A DNA stretch of 64,000 nucleotides from Perkinsela sp. CCAP 1560/9 (lineage: Eukaryota > Protista > Euglenozoa: Kinetoplastea), in assembly GCA_965644495.1 (NCBI GenBank), contig CBFFSA010000013.1:124001-188000 (forward strand), read 5' to 3'. Both the position numbers and the translations under genes were made by a program. Numbering within the stretch: the first letter of the stretch is position 1; each line of letters opens with the position of its first letter. Below are positions 44,545 to 56,184 of the stretch, in pieces. The notes below the pieces were generated by a model. The model did no database searches. It saw nothing but the letters and a program-made list of their open reading frames with translations, and was not told the DNA's origin.

Positions 44545-45729
44545 CTATGATATGCAGCATGAAGATTTTCCAGTAAATGTAATGTTTTTCTCATTTTGCG
44601 GATTAAAAGTGAGTTGCAACCCTTTGTATGCAGAAAATATCGTTTCATCAACCTCTCCGGTAAGAAAGTTATTTTGAATCGATAACACGCGCAACAAGGG
44701 CGGCAACTTTGTGAGGCAAAGATTCCCAATAAACAAATTCCCATTCAGGTGCAAAGTTTTTATAGCGGGAGGTAAGTGCAACAGATCCAGCGTGGCACTT
44801 AAAGCATTGTTATCCAGTGCAAGAAACTCAAGACATGACGGCAGCATGTTCAAATAAATACCACCCGCTAGCCTATTCTGCGATAGGTTCAACTCAAGCA
44901 AGGAAAACGGCAAAAAGTTCAAACAAATATCACCACTAAACCGATTATGCCCAGCTCCCACAAATTGCAACCCCGTCGGAAGCGTCGTAAGATCCAGCTC
45001 CCCGGTAAAGCCATTTTCATACACCCCCAGCACCACGAGTTCGCGCGGGAGGGTCTCTGTGCGAATCCCCCCGGTAAACCGGTTCGCCCCGAGCTCCAGC
45101 ACACGCAGCCCCGGTGGGAGCTGTGCGAACTCCACAGCCCCGGTGAACCGATTATGGTGCAGCGAGAGGCGTTGGAGGGCGCGGGAGAGGTACTCGGGGC
45201 TGACCACCCCGCCGAGTTGGTTCTCCCCCACCGAGAGCACCTGGAGCCGTGGGAGTCGATGGGTGGCATAGAGCCCCCCGGAGAAGGTGTTGCGCGCGAG
45301 ACGTAGGGTCTCGAGGGCGGTACACCGCTCCGGGATGTCGATACGCCCGCTGAGGGCGTTGTCTCGGAGGTTAACATGGACCGTGGTGGAGGGGAGCGCG
45401 GGCCAGTGGATACTGCCCTCGAGTCCCATCACGGCCCAGTCAATGGAGATTACGGCGCCATCGGGGCCGCATTTGACCCCACGCCACTGGTGGACGGGGA
45501 GGAAGCAGACGGGGTCGCTGGGGTGGGCGGAGAGCGTGGATTGGAACCACTCCCCGGGGTTGTAGAGGTACTTGACAAAGGCCTGGAGTTGAGTCTCTAC
45601 GGAGGGTGACGCGGTGAAGGAAAGGGAGCGACGGGTGAGTGGAGAGGTTGCTTTTTGGTCTTTGTCGAAGTTGGAAGAGGGATCAAGAGAGTGCACGAAT
45701 GCAGAGGGTGCGCTGTGAAGGAATAGCAT
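44545..45729 (-). CDS. LRR protein with C-terminal CaaX (CCIS)
   Basis: First ATG at 45729; PVHQWRGVKC cap, LRRs, ends KSSCCIS*. Confidence 0.88.
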   Translation of the reverse strand: MLFLHSAPSAFVHSLDPSSNFDKDQKATSPLTRRSLSFTASPSVETQLQAFVKYLYNPGEWFQSTLSAHPSDPVCFLPVHQWRGVKCGPDGAVISIDWAVMGLEGSIHWPALPSTTVHVNLRDNALSGRIDIPERCTALETLRLARNTFSGGLYATHRLPRLQVLSVGENQLGGVVSPEYLSRALQRLSLHHNRFTGAVEFAQLPPGLRVLELGANRFTGGIRTETLPRELVVLGVYENGFTGELDLTTLPTGLQFVGAGHNRFSGDICLNFLPFSLLELNLSQNRLAGGIYLNMLPSCLEFLALDNNALSATLDLLHLPPAIKTLHLNGNLFIGNLCLTKLPPLLRVLSIQNNFLTGEVDETIFSAYKGLQLTFNPQNEKNITFTGKSSCCIS

Positions 45730-46844
45730 GGAGAGAGAAAAAAGAAAAAAAAACACCCCAGTGCTCTTTTCAAGACAGAAAAGTGATGGTTCTTGCGATA
45801 GCTTTTGTACATGTACAAAATGTACATACAGAAAGGGAGGGAATTCGTAAGGGTTCACGTAACGTATACAGAAAGGGAGGGAATTCGTAAGGATTCAGCT
45901 ACTAGTCGTGCTTGTAGAATGTTTATTTTCATAGACAGGCAGAATGCCTGGAGTCCAACGGACCGAAACTATTAATCATCATTTAGAGTAGTTCGTGATA
46001 AGAAAAAGTCCCCCCTTTTTTCTAAGAAAAAACTTACAAAAAAAGTGTGTAAGTGGCTAACTTAGAGGAATGAAACTTAAAAAAACGTCACCTGGACGAA
46101 CCGAAGCGAACCGAGGCGAACCGACCCAATCCCATTGAAACCAATGACGATTTCTACTTGGCGTTTTTTTCAAAGCTAGCTGCAAACTTTCCATGTTCAA
46201 AAAAATGTGCACTTCTATATGATTTTCTTGTATACTCCCACATTACACGCTGCAGTCCTAGAGGCACAGTTCCGGCACTGTGAAGTGAAGTCTTTACTGG
46301 AGGACGGAGAAAACCTCTAGTATCATGGAAATTTTCCTTGCAGTATGGAGGTGCCTGTGATGGTACGGACGCATGTAAGTGTTTGTAAATTTCTTGTTGA
46401 CTTATTTCTCCTTTCCTTCTTTACTCCCCCCCCCCCCCCATGGCAGAACTCCCCAAGGGTCTATTGTTCTGTGCGTACTGTGGCTCGAAGTTCGAACCAC
46501 CCTCCCCTCCCACCGGCTGTGCCCGACGTGTGCACACACAACCGGCCAGGCGTACCGACCCATCTGGGACGCACCCTCATCTCTTGGGCCAGCCCACGGC
46601 GGACGCAAGCAGAACACCTCCTCGCGTGAGTCCTCCCGTTCCCTCTCCCGCGATAGCAGGCCGTGCCTCTTTTGCACGCAGCCGTTCTCCCCTGGACATC
46701 ATTTCCACCGTTTCTGTCCCGTGTGCGCGGAATTGAGGGCCCAGCGCCAGAGCTCGGCCCCCCACCCATCACCCGGATCCAAGTGGACGAAAGGTTCGTT
46801 GGAAAGCGAAAGTAAAAGTAGGCGCCAGCGGAAGAGGATGGTGG

Positions 46845-47200
46845 TTTACCACCGTCATGGAGATCCGCGGACAAGAAATGGGAAGAACCCATTGGAAGTT
46901 ATTCAAACGCAGAGACGCTGAAATATTACATATCTTCATCCTGTCGCACTTGACGAGCGCGAGGGCTGTTGTTTTCACTGACTGTTGGGGGGCGTTTACC
47001 ATTCTGGGGGACTTTAGTCGCCACCACGCTGTCAATCACAACGTTTGTGAACTTCCAAGGCTACCACACTAACACCGCTGAAGAGTCGAATCGCATCATC
47101 AAAGACTGGGTGAGAAAACAGCACTGTAATTTTGGTGAGAAGTGCAACGTAAAGTTGAAGGTGAGCGACAACGATGTGCCATTAAGAATATTTAAGGACA
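46845..47200 (+). pseudogene. Merlin transposase fragment
   Basis: KRRDAEIL, VFTDCWGAF, HHAVNH, GYHTNTAE across a frameshift. Confidence 0.8.
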
Positions 47201-47668
47201 TTCATGATTTTTGTGATTGTATTCATACATTCCAAAGAAATAGAGGAAGTAGTAAAGGTGCGTATAGATCATGGCGGTTTTTTACTTATTAGAGCATGAG
47301 AAGATTTTGTACAAGATTTTATCTTCGTTCTACAACATATTCTTCACAAGTACACATGTGGCCACACCACCGATGACGCGTCCCTTCCGTTGCTGCCTTT
47401 ACTGCAGTGTAAGCAAACATCTTCTGTAAATTGCAGAACATCCTTTTTAGCCTAAATTGACAAAATTGAACAGCCGATTCCGGATGTAAACCGATGAGTG
47501 ATTAAAAACATAGACTTTTAGTAAAATATGCACGGCTAGTGAAATATAATAATTCCCATGCTGTGCGTGTAGTGACTACGTTTCGAAAACGCTTCATTCA
47601 GTGTTCAGTAAGTCCAGTTCCAGATTTCGTATATTTCTCGTTGGCTGCTTGCACCCCATGCGCTTACT

Positions 47669-48778
47669 CTACGATAAGATGCATTTTTCTTTTCCAAGCT
47701 GAAGCGGCCCAGGTCGTTGAGGATTACCTGTAAACTGTGTACCAGTTGGAATTGCGGATTTATCAATAGGGCCCGTAAACTCGTTATTTTGTATTTCAAG
47801 AATTTTAAGCTCGGGCGGCAAATTTTGGATGAACAGGCGACCAAAAAATTGGTTGTCATTAAGTTGAAGAGTGTGAAGCATCTTCGGGAGGTGTGATAAC
47901 TCGAGTGTTCCACTTAGTCTGTTATGCGCCAGAGAAACTGAAACAGAAAAGGGAGGAAGCATGCTCAGATAGATCCCTCCAACCAACTCATTATTGGAAA
48001 GGTGAAGCTCAGTGAGCACCGGTGGTAAATACGACAGGCAGATTTCGCCGTGAAGCCTGTTATACATAACGTCTAGTGACTTCAACCGAGAAGGGAGCTC
48101 GGTGAGGTCTAGAGACCCAATCAGTCGATTGTGATCGAGCCCCAGAATTTCTAAAGCCGGCGGAAGGCCCACCAATGATATCTCCCCTGTGAGGTGATTC
48201 GACCCCAGAAACAGCACGTGCAGCCCTGCGGGAAGTGCGCTCAGCTCGAGGCTTCCCCCCAAAGCATTGTGGTGCAATGAAAGACCACGGAGAGAGGGGG
48301 CCAGTTCCTCCAGCCGCAGCTGACCGCTGAGAAGGTTCTCACTCAGAAACAACCTCCGTAGTACACGGAGCCCCAGAGTGGGATATAATCGTCCGGAAAA
48401 TGTGTTCCTCGAGAGCCGCACAATCTCAAGCGAGGTGCAATGTTCGGGAAGTACGACGGAGCCACCGAGAGCATTCTGGCGCAAGCTGATCTCACGCAGA
48501 CTCCGTGGCAGAGCGGCCCAGTTGATGCCGCCCTCCAGACCCATCTCGCCCCAAGAAATGCGCTGGATTTGACCGTCGGGGTTACATGTGACCCCTTCCC
48601 ATTGGTGAGCGGGGAAGGGGAGATCACACCCGGACGAAGTAGGGCGCAACCACGAGTCGTGAGGATTGTAAATGTATTGAACCAAATTCTGTAGCTGCAG
48701 CTCCGGGGAGAGGTCGGCGTTTAGCGGGGGAAGGGCTTGCGAAGAGGACTCCGAGAGGTGATGGGAAGAGGTATCCAT
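47669..48778 (-). CDS. LRR protein with C-terminal CaaX (CILS), paralog of 44545..45729
   Basis: Co-linear with its neighbour (YNP..W, P.HQW.GV.C, ICL..LP, GGIYL.MLP, NPQ); ends KEKCILS*. Confidence 0.9.
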   Translation of the reverse strand: MDTSSHHLSESSSQALPPLNADLSPELQLQNLVQYIYNPHDSWLRPTSSGCDLPFPAHQWEGVTCNPDGQIQRISWGEMGLEGGINWAALPRSLREISLRQNALGGSVVLPEHCTSLEIVRLSRNTFSGRLYPTLGLRVLRRLFLSENLLSGQLRLEELAPSLRGLSLHHNALGGSLELSALPAGLHVLFLGSNHLTGEISLVGLPPALEILGLDHNRLIGSLDLTELPSRLKSLDVMYNRLHGEICLSYLPPVLTELHLSNNELVGGIYLSMLPPFSVSVSLAHNRLSGTLELSHLPKMLHTLQLNDNQFFGRLFIQNLPPELKILEIQNNEFTGPIDKSAIPTGTQFTGNPQRPGPLQLGKEKCILS

Positions 48779-48883
48779 GAACAGAAAGGAATCCGCGAAG
48801 GATTTACAGAATCTTAGGGTTTTAAAAAACTCTTTTAGATTTTATGATTCTTGTATGAACAATTCAGTTCGAAAAGAAAAGTA

Positions 48884-51800
48884 CTGTATCCTCCTGGTTA
48901 CCTGTCACTACTTTTCGGGAAAAGGTGAAATATACGAAAACAAGAAAAGGTGAGATATACAACTGTATACTGTGACCCCCCCTTTAATATGCACCCCCTT
49001 CTTACCCCCCTTTAATATGCACAAAATGGAGGCTGAAGAAAATATGTGTAGTGGGACCCCCCCTTTAATATGCAGAAAATTGAAGTTGAAGAAAGTTCGT
49101 GTGGTGGGACCGATTTGATTTTTTCTTTTTTTATTCTGTTTGGAAAGTCACTTAGGCTACCAACTTCCAACAATAAACTTCCAACTTCCAACAATAAGTT
49201 ACTCAATACTGTAGACTTTTTAGCTTTCTCTATCTGCTCTATCTGTTTCTCTTCGTCAACACATGCCGCACACGGACGGTGTACCGACAACCGTGTATAT
49301 GATAAAAGGTCCGCTGTCGAGTTGGGCTCGGTCAGCGCCACCCTCCCCCCAGGTAGGGGAACGGGCACCTGTTCTACAAACGAAAGCACCTCCAACGGTA
49401 AACGAAAAAAAGAGGCAGCGAGTTGAACTCACAATTTACGACAAACGCGAGATTTGTCGATCCCAGGATTCGGTGAAGGCTATTCGAGAAAAGTACGGGA
49501 TATCTCGAAGAACAGTGTACGACATCCGTGCGACTGGAATATTGAATTATCAAAAGTTAATAAATCGAGATATGGGGAACCAGCATCGTAACAGAGGGTT
49601 TAACACCAAAGGAGGTGATTACAACGACCCGGAGTCTGTCACGTACAATAAGGCAGAGGCAATGTATGAAATTCATCGTGCTTGTGAAAAGGCATCTTCC
49701 TTGTGGTGTCCCTTGACCAAATCCATTGTAATCGATCTAATACGCCAAAACACGAAGTTGACTTCGGTTTCAGCATTGGAAGACACATATGCACGCTTCC
49801 GGAAGCATTATGGGTGGGTTTGGAGAAGGTGGGGAAGGATACAGTGCCTGGCTCCGGCAGACGTGGAACATAGGATATCACAGTGGGCGCAAAACTTTTA
49901 CTTTCAGAATGCTGTTCGGAAATATTTTTTCCGAATATTTTTTTCGGGGACGAAACGGCGATGTTCGTAAACGGTGAGGTACAAGGATATACGCTAGCGC
50001 AGATCGGATGCCCGCAACCGAAGGTGTTCGACACAAATCCCAAGGAAACTGTTACCGTCTTCCTGGCTGGAATATATGACTTTGCTCTAGATAAGGTTTA
50101 CCCTCTTTACCCAACTGTTATATTCAACCACAGCGCCAAGAATCGTGAAAGTTCTGGCATTTATGCTGAAATGACGCGCCAGGCTTCCGCTCTTACTGGA
50201 ATATACGCGGATGTTAGTCAATCTGGTTGGGTAAAGGGAGTTATTTATCCGCGAATGCTTCATAAGTATCTCCCCTATACGCTCGAAAACCCATCTACCG
50301 TCATTATTACGGATGATTATAGCGGGCACCGAACAGATAATATTCCTCCAAATTGCGATCCACATACGATACCAGGAGGTTGCACAAAGGCGATACAAGT
50401 GCATGACCGAGTTTTTAACCGATTATTCAAGCGTGAATACAATGAGATTCTGACTGGCGACTCGACAACACTTCTCAGAAAGTATCTCGCGCTCTGGTAC
50501 TACAGTGGATAAAAGATGCGCACTCACGCGTGTGGTTGAAAAATAAGAATTCCATATTATCTGTCGTCCGTATATATATCCAGCGACCTGCAACGGAGTA
50601 CCCTTGGGTAGAAAAAGCCAAACCTGGGTCCAAAACATCTGACACGGAAACCAAAAACCAAGACGAAAACTGTTTGACCACGAGCGAAACCTCACAGATC
50701 GATGCTCCTCCCATAATTGGTGTAGATAGTTTACTGAGCACTGGGAGTCATGATAATGAATGGAAGCGCTTTCGCGGTCCTAAGCGCTTCCTTACAACTC
50801 ACGCTGTTGACACGCTGTGTCAAAACGTAATAAGGGCTTATCGGCTGTTATCCCGTGCAGAGAACGAAATAGTTTTTTTGAATACTGGAAAGACAAGATT
50901 GATGTGAGGATTCAATCGCCCACCTTCTGATCTAATCACCACAGATTCACGCATTGTTGCCGTTCTCTTCTTTAACAATCACCTTATTTTGGTAGAACTC
51001 CGAAGGTCCCTGCTCACAGTGTATGACAGCTATGAGGCGTATTCTCCATTCGCCCGAAGCGACTTTTTAAAATTATTCTTGGAACGGGCAACTCCTCTTC
51101 TTGGGCAAGAAAGTGGGAACAATCGTGTTAAATATGAAAAGGTCTTGCAGCAGGAGCCTATGCTAAATGAATGCGGATTGCATGTTGTTAACAACTTATG
51201 CTCTTTGTTATTCTACCCTGCAACTTTTTCTAGGGTTGACAATGTGCTTGTCAGAAAAAATCTTTCCAGGTCCTGGTGGCCTCGTGGTCCAGGAATTCCT
51301 CTACCCCCTGAACGAACAACAAATTCCGAAGAAACCCTTGGAGAAGTGTCCGTGGAGAACGTGTGAAGATGATTCTGATTCTGATTGTTCTATAATTGTG
51401 AATTTAGTGAATGATTTGAACTTTGAAGATGAGTCCGTTAACAGTTGAAAACTTTATGGGGTCAAGGACATTGTCAAGAAAATGTTGGGGCTTAGCGAAC
51501 CTCACCTCCCGAGCTTTATTTCCGTCCACAGCAACGGTTCATATTGTAATATTATTTTTTACCACGGAACTGGGCTTTTCTGTGGTTTTTACTCGGTGTC
51601 GTGTAAGTCCTCGTAGTGATTCTCCAGGCATATTCTACTATGGGCGTTCAACAAACTCGAAATAATATTATAGTATCCTATGAATCAGTTACATTAGTAA
51701 CTAGTATTTAGGTATACACATTTTTTTATATTTTTTACTTTAAGCACTTTCTTGTTTATTAGTGTTACACAAGCTTCATGAAAAATATCTTTGCTCGAGA

Positions 51801-52361
51801 ACAGTTCCTTCACTCTCTTCCCCTCCGTCATCGACCCTTGCTTCGCCACCGATGTCATTGGTACCATGTACGCACTTTCCACCATCCCCCTTGTTTCACC
51901 CTTTTCTTCCCCCCTTTATTATGTACCCCCCCTTATTATGCCCCCCCCCCCCCCTTTATTATGCACCCCCCTTTATTATGCACCCCCCCTTTATTATGCA
52001 CCCCCCCCTTTATTATGCACAAACTCCAAAAACGTGTGCATATTAAAGGGGGGGGTCACAGTAAGTTAACGGGGGGGTACGGTGTGACAGATAACTAGGG
52101 GGTTCAATGTGTGACAGATAACTAGGGGAGGGGGGGGCGGTCACCAAAAAAATAGAAAGAGGAAGTTAGTGACAAAAAAGACGCCTTTAACCCCTATAAG
52201 ATTTTTGTCCACCCGGGATTTCTTTCTTTTCTTCCTATGCACGATCACTCACTTTCAAACTGATAAGAAAGGAAATAAAAGTTTTGTTTTTTTGAAAAAG
52301 ACGAAAAACGTGACAGTTAACTAGTGGGGGGATCACGTGTGACCGATAACTAGGGGGTACA
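48884..52361. mobile_element. Older pogo-type MITE hosting pogo copy 2
   Basis: ta|ctgtatcctcctggttacctgtcac ... gtgaccgataactagggggtacag|ta. Confidence 0.65.
48970..52061 (+). mobile_element. pogo-Ulp1 transposon, copy 2 (decayed ORF 49263..about 51448)
   Basis: Same TIR with TA TSD; ORF pieces co-linear with 21245..23431 but carrying frameshifts and a stop. Confidence 0.92.
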
Positions 52362-52439
52362 GTAAAATAAGCTTGCGTAGAGTAAAATAAAAGTACTGTC
52401 CCCTCTATTTACTATTTAGTACCTTGCCCCCTCTATTTA

Positions 52440-55148
52440 GAGGGTTGAAACCTACGAAAGGCAAAACCTGGCAAAACCCGCATATTCCTCATTGGAGAGT
52501 ATGCAGTAGGTCTGTGTAAGTTCGTGTTGGTCCGTGACGAGCTGTGTAGGTACGTGTAGGTTCGTGGTAATCCGTGTAGATTCGTGTAGGTTCGTGTAAG
52601 TTTTTTTTTGACATTTTTTGAGAAGGTTCATTGGCTCGGCCGCTAGGATGATTGCATGTAACTAAAGTAGACCGAATTAAACCACTGTCCGGGTTAATAT
52701 TCCCGGTAGGAATAATAAGAGGGTATAGGAATACAACGAGGTATAGGATTATTAGAAAATTAGCAGAAAAGGACCAAAACATTTTTCCCGCCGCTTCGCG
52801 GCACGATCTTTGATCTTGTCCTCGTTTGGGTCTTGTGTGTGCTTGAAGCTCGCTATTTTGATGAAAGAAACATACAAAAAAGGGATTTTCGAGGGGTGAG
52901 TTGTGTGGATCTCAAGCAAAGACAGGGTAGGTGTCGGGGAGAGGGGGGTAGGAATATTAAGCACCGTTGGGACGACTTAGAGGGGTGACTCTAGGTGGGA
53001 GCGCCCGGGAGCGCCTAGGATATCTTTCGTTAAATTTTTTTTCCTTAGTTTCTTAATATTTTAGAAGTTTACTGGGAGCGCCTGGGCAGGAGTCACCCCT
53101 CTTAATATTCCTGGTAGGAATAATACGAGGGTGTAGGAATATTAACCCCGCAAAAAAAAGCGAAAAGTTTCAATGATGGACCCGGGCTAAGTTTATGAAG
53201 TTTTGCGAGTGTCTTATAGGACTTAAGTCGTTCTTAATCGATCACGAGTGCCGTGCGCATCTCGGGGCACACGCGGGAGGAAGATAATCACAGGGGGCGG
53301 TGCTTCTTCGCCATGAATCACCAATAAATGTACCAATTTAAAAAAAATGTACTCAGTGAAAAAAAAATCAACTTTTTTGCGGTTACGTTTTCCGGTTTAG
53401 GTATGATACGGGTGTCCACGAGTGAAAAGGACCTTGGATTCGGAACGATTGGGCCGAAAAACAGTCCCAAACAAAATATTTCCAAAATCGGACAAAATAT
53501 GAGACCTGTAGGGGGGGGGGGGTAAAAGAGGCTGAACACTACTGTATAGGGTCGATCATGCGTTTTTGGAACGGTTCTGCAGTCTGCTATGAGATAGATT
53601 TTTGGAAAATAACGGCGAATTCGTGAAGATCTGTGGGAGAGCTCAACCGAAAAAATACTTCCGACCTGAGGAGAACATAAATTGTAAGTTAAATATTAGT
53701 GACAAAACACGTTTTTTCGGATTTTTCAGAAGAAAAATTTCAATAATTCACCGATTTTTATAATTTTTTCCCAACTTTCACCACGCCCACCTAGGACCCA
53801 GGGGGGGTGATAGGCAAAGCAAGGATGGGAAATGCACTAGTTTTCGAGATCTGTTGAATGTCGAAGGAATTAGGTCAAAAGCTCGCACGGTGCGCTCTGG
53901 AGCCCGGGGGGAAACCAATAACTGGACTGTATAGCAACCAATGCGCTGTTCACAAATAGCTCATGTACGAAATAAATGAATAAGAAATCAGTGCGAGTAA
54001 ACGCAGATGAAGATAACTCGCTTGAGGAAAACGAATCTCTTTCATGCACAACTGCGTCACTTGACTCTTCGTCATACAATTCCAGGAAGTTCGCCATATT
54101 TGGAAATTTCGAGGAAAAGTAAAATAAAGGTTAGAGAAAAGCAAAGTAAAATCTCTCGAAAAAAATAGCTCTCCTGATATGCTATTAATAGAGGGAACGT
54201 GAATATCTCAAATTTTTGAACGTTAAAGTGATGCTGTAGCCCCCTAGGCTCCTTCTGATGAAAAAGAAAAGGTTCGCTTATTCATTGTGGGGTATTATTT
54301 CAGACGGTTATATGCAAAAATAGGGGGCTAGACCGTGAATTTTAGGCTGAAAAGATCACATTTCTCCTCCAAGTAATTTTTTTTGCAAAAGTGAAGTTTG
54401 AGAGTATTTTTACGTCGAGTCATTGTCATAAGAAGTACACTGCGGATTTTATTCTTATTATAGCAGCCATGGTACCCCCTGGAGAACCGTTCCATTTTTC
54501 ACGATCGACCTATAAGTTGAAAACAACCACCGCGCTTAACGAAGAGCCTAAAAAAGAAAAATATTAAAAATGAACTAAAGTAAAACTACTAGAAATCGGA
54601 AAAAAAGTGGGTCTGTGTAAATCTGTGTGAATTCGTGTAGATCCGTGTAAGTTCGTGTAGGTTTTTTTTGAACCCCAACCTAGTCCATCTGCAGACTCTC
54701 CATTGACGTGGCGAAGGAAACTACTCTGTCAAAAATAGTGAAGAACATACTTGATCTCCATCGTGCGCTGCAAAACATTTTCGCGCCACAAAAAATTAAA
54801 ATTTTGAAAAAAATATTTTTCGAAATACACCCCCAGAAAGGGTAGCCGAGGCCACCCCCGTACTCGGGCACGACTCCCCCTGGTATCAACAGGACGGGTC
54901 CGCCAAGTTCGTTTTTTTCTGAAAATAAAGTTGAGAGAAAGTCAACTTGGCGAAAAACATGGCTTAAAAAACAGCTTTTCAAAAAAGTTTCACCTAAAGT
55001 AGTTTGAGAGTTTGGGACCTATACTAGCTTTCTACGACGTTGTTTTCACAAGATACCCCTTCTTGAAGACGTAACGCGTCTCCCAAAATGACGCCCACAA
55101 AAATAGTTCCTGGCAAAACCAGGCAAAACTTAACAGGTTTCAACCCTC
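52440..55148. mobile_element. GAG-terminated non-autonomous element, TTA TSD (PIF/Harbinger-like)
   Basis: tta|gagggttgaaacct ... aggtttcaaccctc|tta; excision restores ctatttagtgttt, a repeat of the host element. Confidence 0.75.
52980..53101. mobile_element. 122-bp GAG-terminated MITE, TTA TSD
   Basis: tta|gaggggtgactc ... gagtcacccctc|tta. Confidence 0.8.
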
Positions 55149-56184
55149 TTAGTGTTTAATTTCAAAGGTTCGTAGAAATTGGCGCCGCGAAGCGGCGCCG
55201 TTTTCTTTTCCCCTGTAATATTCGATTTCGTCTAATTTAATCTACTCATTCGAAATAGAAGTGGAAAAAGTTTCTTTTTCTTGATACATTCCTCTTCTTT
55301 GTATGTCGATTGGACCTCTTTCTGGCTGGTGCAGATCAAGACAACCGCTTCCTCGGGTTGGTTCATTGACTAACCAGATTGCCTCAAATGTTGATGTGAC
55401 GTCCGTCCTCGAGGAAGCATTGCCACACACAAAAGCCAGTCTTTCAATGTAAGACAAGCTGACGATTAGCAGATCGAGCGAGAGTGCAAAGTCGCTATCA
55501 AAGAAGTATAAAGTGACAGAGCAGTGTATTTATCAGATCAAGCGAATCGGTTCTTAGTTTATCAAGAACGAGTAAACCGTGGTGGGAGTTCTATAAAAAA
55601 AGAAAGGAACGCTAATCCGTATTGTTTGAGCTAATGGAAAAAGGTGTATTTCGTAGCGACTCGGGCTCCCCTACTTAGTGTTTAATTTTGCCCAATTCTA
55701 CTAAACACTAAATAGGGGGGGGGACGGTGTACACGTAGGCACGCAGAAACACACAGGTAATTTTCTGTGCACACCCTGGAGTAAGTGGCTTGTAAGTTAC
55801 AATACTACCCACTTACAAGGTTGTAAGTTACAATTTTAACTTACAAACTACAAGTAACTTTCATGGGGTGGTAGCGATTGCAAGATACTATTGCAATTCT
55901 CGAAGGCATTTCTCCCTCAGACAAGCTGCGACTTCAAGTCAACCGTGTGTGTTTGTGTTGTGAGTCATATGAAATAGTTAGCGCTGTTCCTACGATAAAA
56001 CGTATTGACAGCATCCTACCAGGTTCCACTCATGACAGGCTGCAACGGATAAGCAACTCTGTGGACAGTGGATAGAGAATGATATTGAAATGCTGACTTC
56101 TACGTAGCCACGAGCTTCAACAGTTTAACATTTTTCAACGTTAAACTACCTTTGCATCACTTTGTGCAGCTGCGAAGTACGTGT

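Larger units (their letters stand above)
52396..55728 (+). mobile_element. Internally deleted pogo-type element hosting nested insertions
   Basis: ta|ctgtcccctctattt ... aaatagggggggggacgg; HTH remnant DKLTISRSSESAKSLSKKYKVTEQCIYQIKRIG at about 55440..55550. Confidence 0.6.
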
